Assembly (NCBI GenBank): GCA_964187785.1
Contig: OZ076412.1
Coordinates: 65,906,001 to 65,970,000 of the forward strand
Direction of reading: 5' to 3'
Origin: Amphiscolops sp. MND2022
Taxonomy: Eukaryota
DNA length: 64,000 nucleotides
In this document: piece by piece, positions 60,440 through 64,000 of the stretch
Layout of the letters: each line of letters opens with the position of its first letter
How positions within the stretch are numbered: the stretch's first letter is position 1
Made by a program: the position numbers and the translations under genes
Notes under the pieces: model-generated
What the model was told of the DNA's origin: nothing
What the model saw: the letters and a program-made list of their open reading frames with translations, nothing else
The model's database searches: none

Positions 60440-63400
60440 GATATCTTCTATATGATGTATACAAAACCAAGTCTCCTGATAATGTATGTTGTAATATTCA
60501 GATATATAACTCCTCCCATCCTATGAAGAGACGTTTTGGCGACAGTTTTCCTCCCACCCTGTTAAGAGACGTTTCGGCGACATTTTGTCGCCGAAACATC
60601 CAATGACACGTCTGTCGCCGAAACGTCTTAGTCCCGCTCTTTACCATCTTCCAGAGCAGACTCATGTCCGCGTGAAATACCTGGAAACATACTGGCAGCA
60701 GTTTCAATAATTTTGAAGATGAAACGTAATCATATTCGATTAAAAAACTGTTTCTCAAAGTCCACCGAACACACAAGCGCTGCAACCTTTCAAGTCTTTT
60801 CAAACCCACAATGCCAGGCACATGAGGCATGTAGTGATATCGGTACAATTGAACTGCAGTATAACATTAGCTTCCAATTAACCGGTATTGCAAAGGGCAC
60901 GTTGCGGTTGAAAGAATTTGATATTTTTGTGCATGTTGAAACCTGGTAGTCAATATGGTTGTTCCAGGTGAGAATAGAACTGATGTGAATGTTCAAATCA
61001 TTTATTTCAGAAACAACCTCGGGCTCCGTCTCGTTTACCATCGTAGGATTGCAATTTGCATATCCAAACGACATAATTTTGCACTTCGAAAGATGAAAAT
61101 ATTGATTATTTCTCCTTGACCAGTCAACGAATCTATATCTGCCTGAATGTATTGTATAGACGCAGTTGACAATAGCTTCAAATCATCACGATAGAGGTAA
61201 TATAGGGAATTCCAAACAGAGTGCGTTTAGAAGGTCATTAATGAACAGGAAGAGAAGAAACGGGCCCAAAATTTGGTGCATTTTGTTATTTTGTGCTTTT
61301 TGCAATCTTGTAGTCGATATGAGTGTACTTTGATTCAGACTTAGCAAAAGTTATGAAGGTGAATGAAGTTTCCAGAACCTTATATTGGAATAGTAGTACA
61401 AAGACTCATTTCCAAATACGGAAATTATCAAACAATAGGAATAAATATAACGAAGGAAAATCAAGCAGCTAAAATTACACATACAGCAGGTGCTTATACA
61501 TTTGAGGTAAAAGCACCAAGAATTCTCCATATTGAAATTCATTATCAGCGTCCTAAATAACAGTAAACAAAAAACTTCAAGGGTGACAGGATATGGTTAA
61601 AGAAATTCTATTTTGCCTCAAAATAAAGTCAGCAGTTCGTGTAGCTTGTTGTAAAAAGTTTGCATTAGGGCCATATTTTGTATATGGGGCATTGAATAGA
61701 TTGGTCAAAGATACGCGTGTACATGAGGCGACATTCACAATCGGCATCTCTATTGTACAATTTCCAGAGTAGAATGAGGTCAGCTTTGATCAATTGAAAA
61801 CAGATTGGAAGAAACTGTTGCTGGAGATGACTTGAAACATAGTCAACTGAGGAAGTAATCCACATCAGAACCTTTTATTGGAATTTTTCAAATCTTTCTA
61901 TACAAGTGGAAGAGGTAGACCACACAGGGCAGCCGTAGAGAAAAAGAGACAGAACGAGACTTTGCTAATGCAGCTTTTTGTTTTGAAAAAAAAACACTTA
62001 AATAATTCTTTCGTGGAAGAAACTCGAAAACTCTTCGACCAGTGGCTCATTTGTGATCAATGTGACTGTTCCAGCTGAGATTGTCAGTAATCATGAAGAC
62101 CGCGTCTTTTCTGTTGTCAACTACAGAAAGATCACTGTCACCAAGGACGATTGAGTTGTCGGAAGATGCGGTACCAAAGGGTATATTTTAAACATACAAG
62201 CATGAACGATATGCTCGTTGGCAATACTCCAAAGATATATAAAATCTATGTAACTTTGAAATTGGGACGGATCAACTTCATACAACACCTTTTTACCATA
62301 GGCGAACATGAGGGAAGTATAAAAAAGCATTCATTTTGGCATATCGTTTAGATACAGTATAAACAGTCATTAACCGAGTACACTGCCTTGCGGTGCACCA
62401 GACGAAACGGTAATTTTACTCGTGTTGGTCATATTCAGTTTCACACACTGAGGGCCTTCATCTAGACAGGAAGAACAGGAAGAAAACCAGCGAATGAAGT
62501 CTGTACCAACACCAAAATTCCCGAAATTCAGATGGTGCAAGTGACGGGGCACTGACACTAATGCTTTTCTGACGTCAAATTATGCCGGTAATGAGGATAC
62601 GTTGGAATTATTGTTACAATTGACTTGTCAAGCTCTAATATCGTTTGGGGACAGTACTTCGTTTTGTCATGAAACCGTGCTGATTGTCGGTAATCAGACT
62701 TTGCATCGTGAACAGGAGTATTATACGACAGCTTCCACACAGTAGGCCAAGTTTTGTTTTGTAAAACCCAAATGAAGAGTGCAGAAACTATACGAGTGAG
62801 GATCTGAGTATCGATATCAAATGAAGGAGGGAATAAGATGTGGACCAATGGATGAGGAATCATTGCATTGAGAAAGCATGAAAGGAACAGTTTCTGCCCG
62901 AATGAAAAATCATCATAGGGGCAAATTTCTAGATGCGATGAGAGCAGAAGAGCCGGTGAATTGACGGTTGTAGGACCAATTACTGAATCGAAGTAGTTTT
63001 TAAATTAGGTTGCCTACTCACTTTCAGTATGTAAAACTCGATTGCCAAAATATATAACACAGGTATATGATTGACTAAAACCTAGAAAACAGGGGAGTTT
63101 GAAAATGTCTGTTGGTGACTTCAGGCTGAATTGCTCAAAGTAGAAGCGTTGTCAAAATCAATAGCTTCAGAAAGGGCACAACTGAAAACACATGATCGAA
63201 TTCTGAAACATCCAAACTTGGTTCAATTTTGTTTGTTTAGTTTTAACACGATTGAGATTTTGGAACGTTTGGGAGGAATAGAAAGCTAGGAAATGAAGTG
63301 TCCTTATACGTTTGAACTGCAATTTGCTTCCAATAGACTGAGTTAAACGTTAATACCATCGTATGGTTATCAGGGTTGAACTTGTTATCAAAAGTTATGG

Positions 63401-63800
63401 AGGTGACTAATGTTCCAAGATAACTGTTGAGGAGAAGTGATGAACCAATATTTTGCAAAATGATTCACTACACACTGGTTTCGACAGGCCACGAGAGTTT
63501 GGAATATAATTGGAATTTGATCAGAAAACAACTGCTTTTGAAAATTGCAGAAACTAGTGTCCTCGTTTGTTAGAATCGGATAAAGAATGTTTCCCAACTC
63601 AGCACTAGGGATGTCAATCGTTTGCCAAACTGCTAACAGACCACACGTTTCAATGAACTTTTGCTGCTTGGGGTTTGAAGTTGTTTGAGTAGACCAGTCA
63701 ATTCCAGGAAAGTTAAAATCGTTTGAAGCACCGACCAGAATACGGCTAAGGGAACCAAAAGAACGGCCAGATCGAGTGCAAGAATTGCCCAAAAACCGCA
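60440..63800 (-). mobile_element. Several decayed CR1-like LINE fragments
   Basis: DFNFPGIDW (APE), WPTVWKLS, SSGAPQGSVLG, LTWNNHI and LLPVCFQ...ADM.LLWK fragments across frames. Confidence 0.7.
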
Positions 63801-64000
63801 AAAACCTTTACTTCATTTGAAAGCTACGTTTCCGTTAAAACGCAAACGAAACAGCGTAAGCAGTACATAACTTGTTCGAATATTCCCTTTTTCAATGCTA
63901 CAGATTGACTAAAATTTCTTCAAAAGACAATTCAGGCAGTCCGTTGGAGCTTCAATTGGTTCCCCGTTGTTGAAACACTGCAAGCTTTTGATGCGGAAGT

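Overview
Intron-containing, TE-rich animal (invertebrate-type) genomic DNA; the species cannot be determined from the window. (1) 1-12461: the 3' ~12.5 kb of a large, apparently intact Ty3/Gypsy LTR retrotransposon on +. Pol is open from the window edge (PR, RT YIDD, RNase H, integrase). It has a ~760-aa C-terminal extension carrying AT-hook-like GRP repeats, a 4-Cys motif and two degenerate TARG1/Poa1p-type macrodomains. In the env position sits a non-env ORF2 with an SGNH-hydrolase-like fold, separated from an ORF3 by one in-frame TAG, followed by a PPT and a 718-bp 3' LTR (TGTAACGTCC...GGACGTTACA). (2) 12.5-23.7 kb: a palindrome, degenerate repeats and a decayed Gypsy with an inverted duplication in RT. 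(3) 24.6-51.0 kb: four co-oriented minus-strand host genes spliced by hand with GT-AG junctions and phases that close: piwi (6 exons, 942 aa), HGH1 (2 exons, 354 aa), RPS26 (2 exons, 120 aa) and ubiquilin (12 exons, 590 aa). Each has an AG acceptor 8-44 nt before its ATG. Introns and spacers hold a Tc1 relic, MITEs, LINE fragments and a Helentron/HINE-like modular repeat. (4) 51-64 kb: a hAT relic, a decayed ORF1+ORF2 LINE, nested MITEs and CR1-like fragments. The best novel-system candidate is the cargo of the first Gypsy element. All domain calls are motif recognition by eye and from memory of the families; no searches were run.
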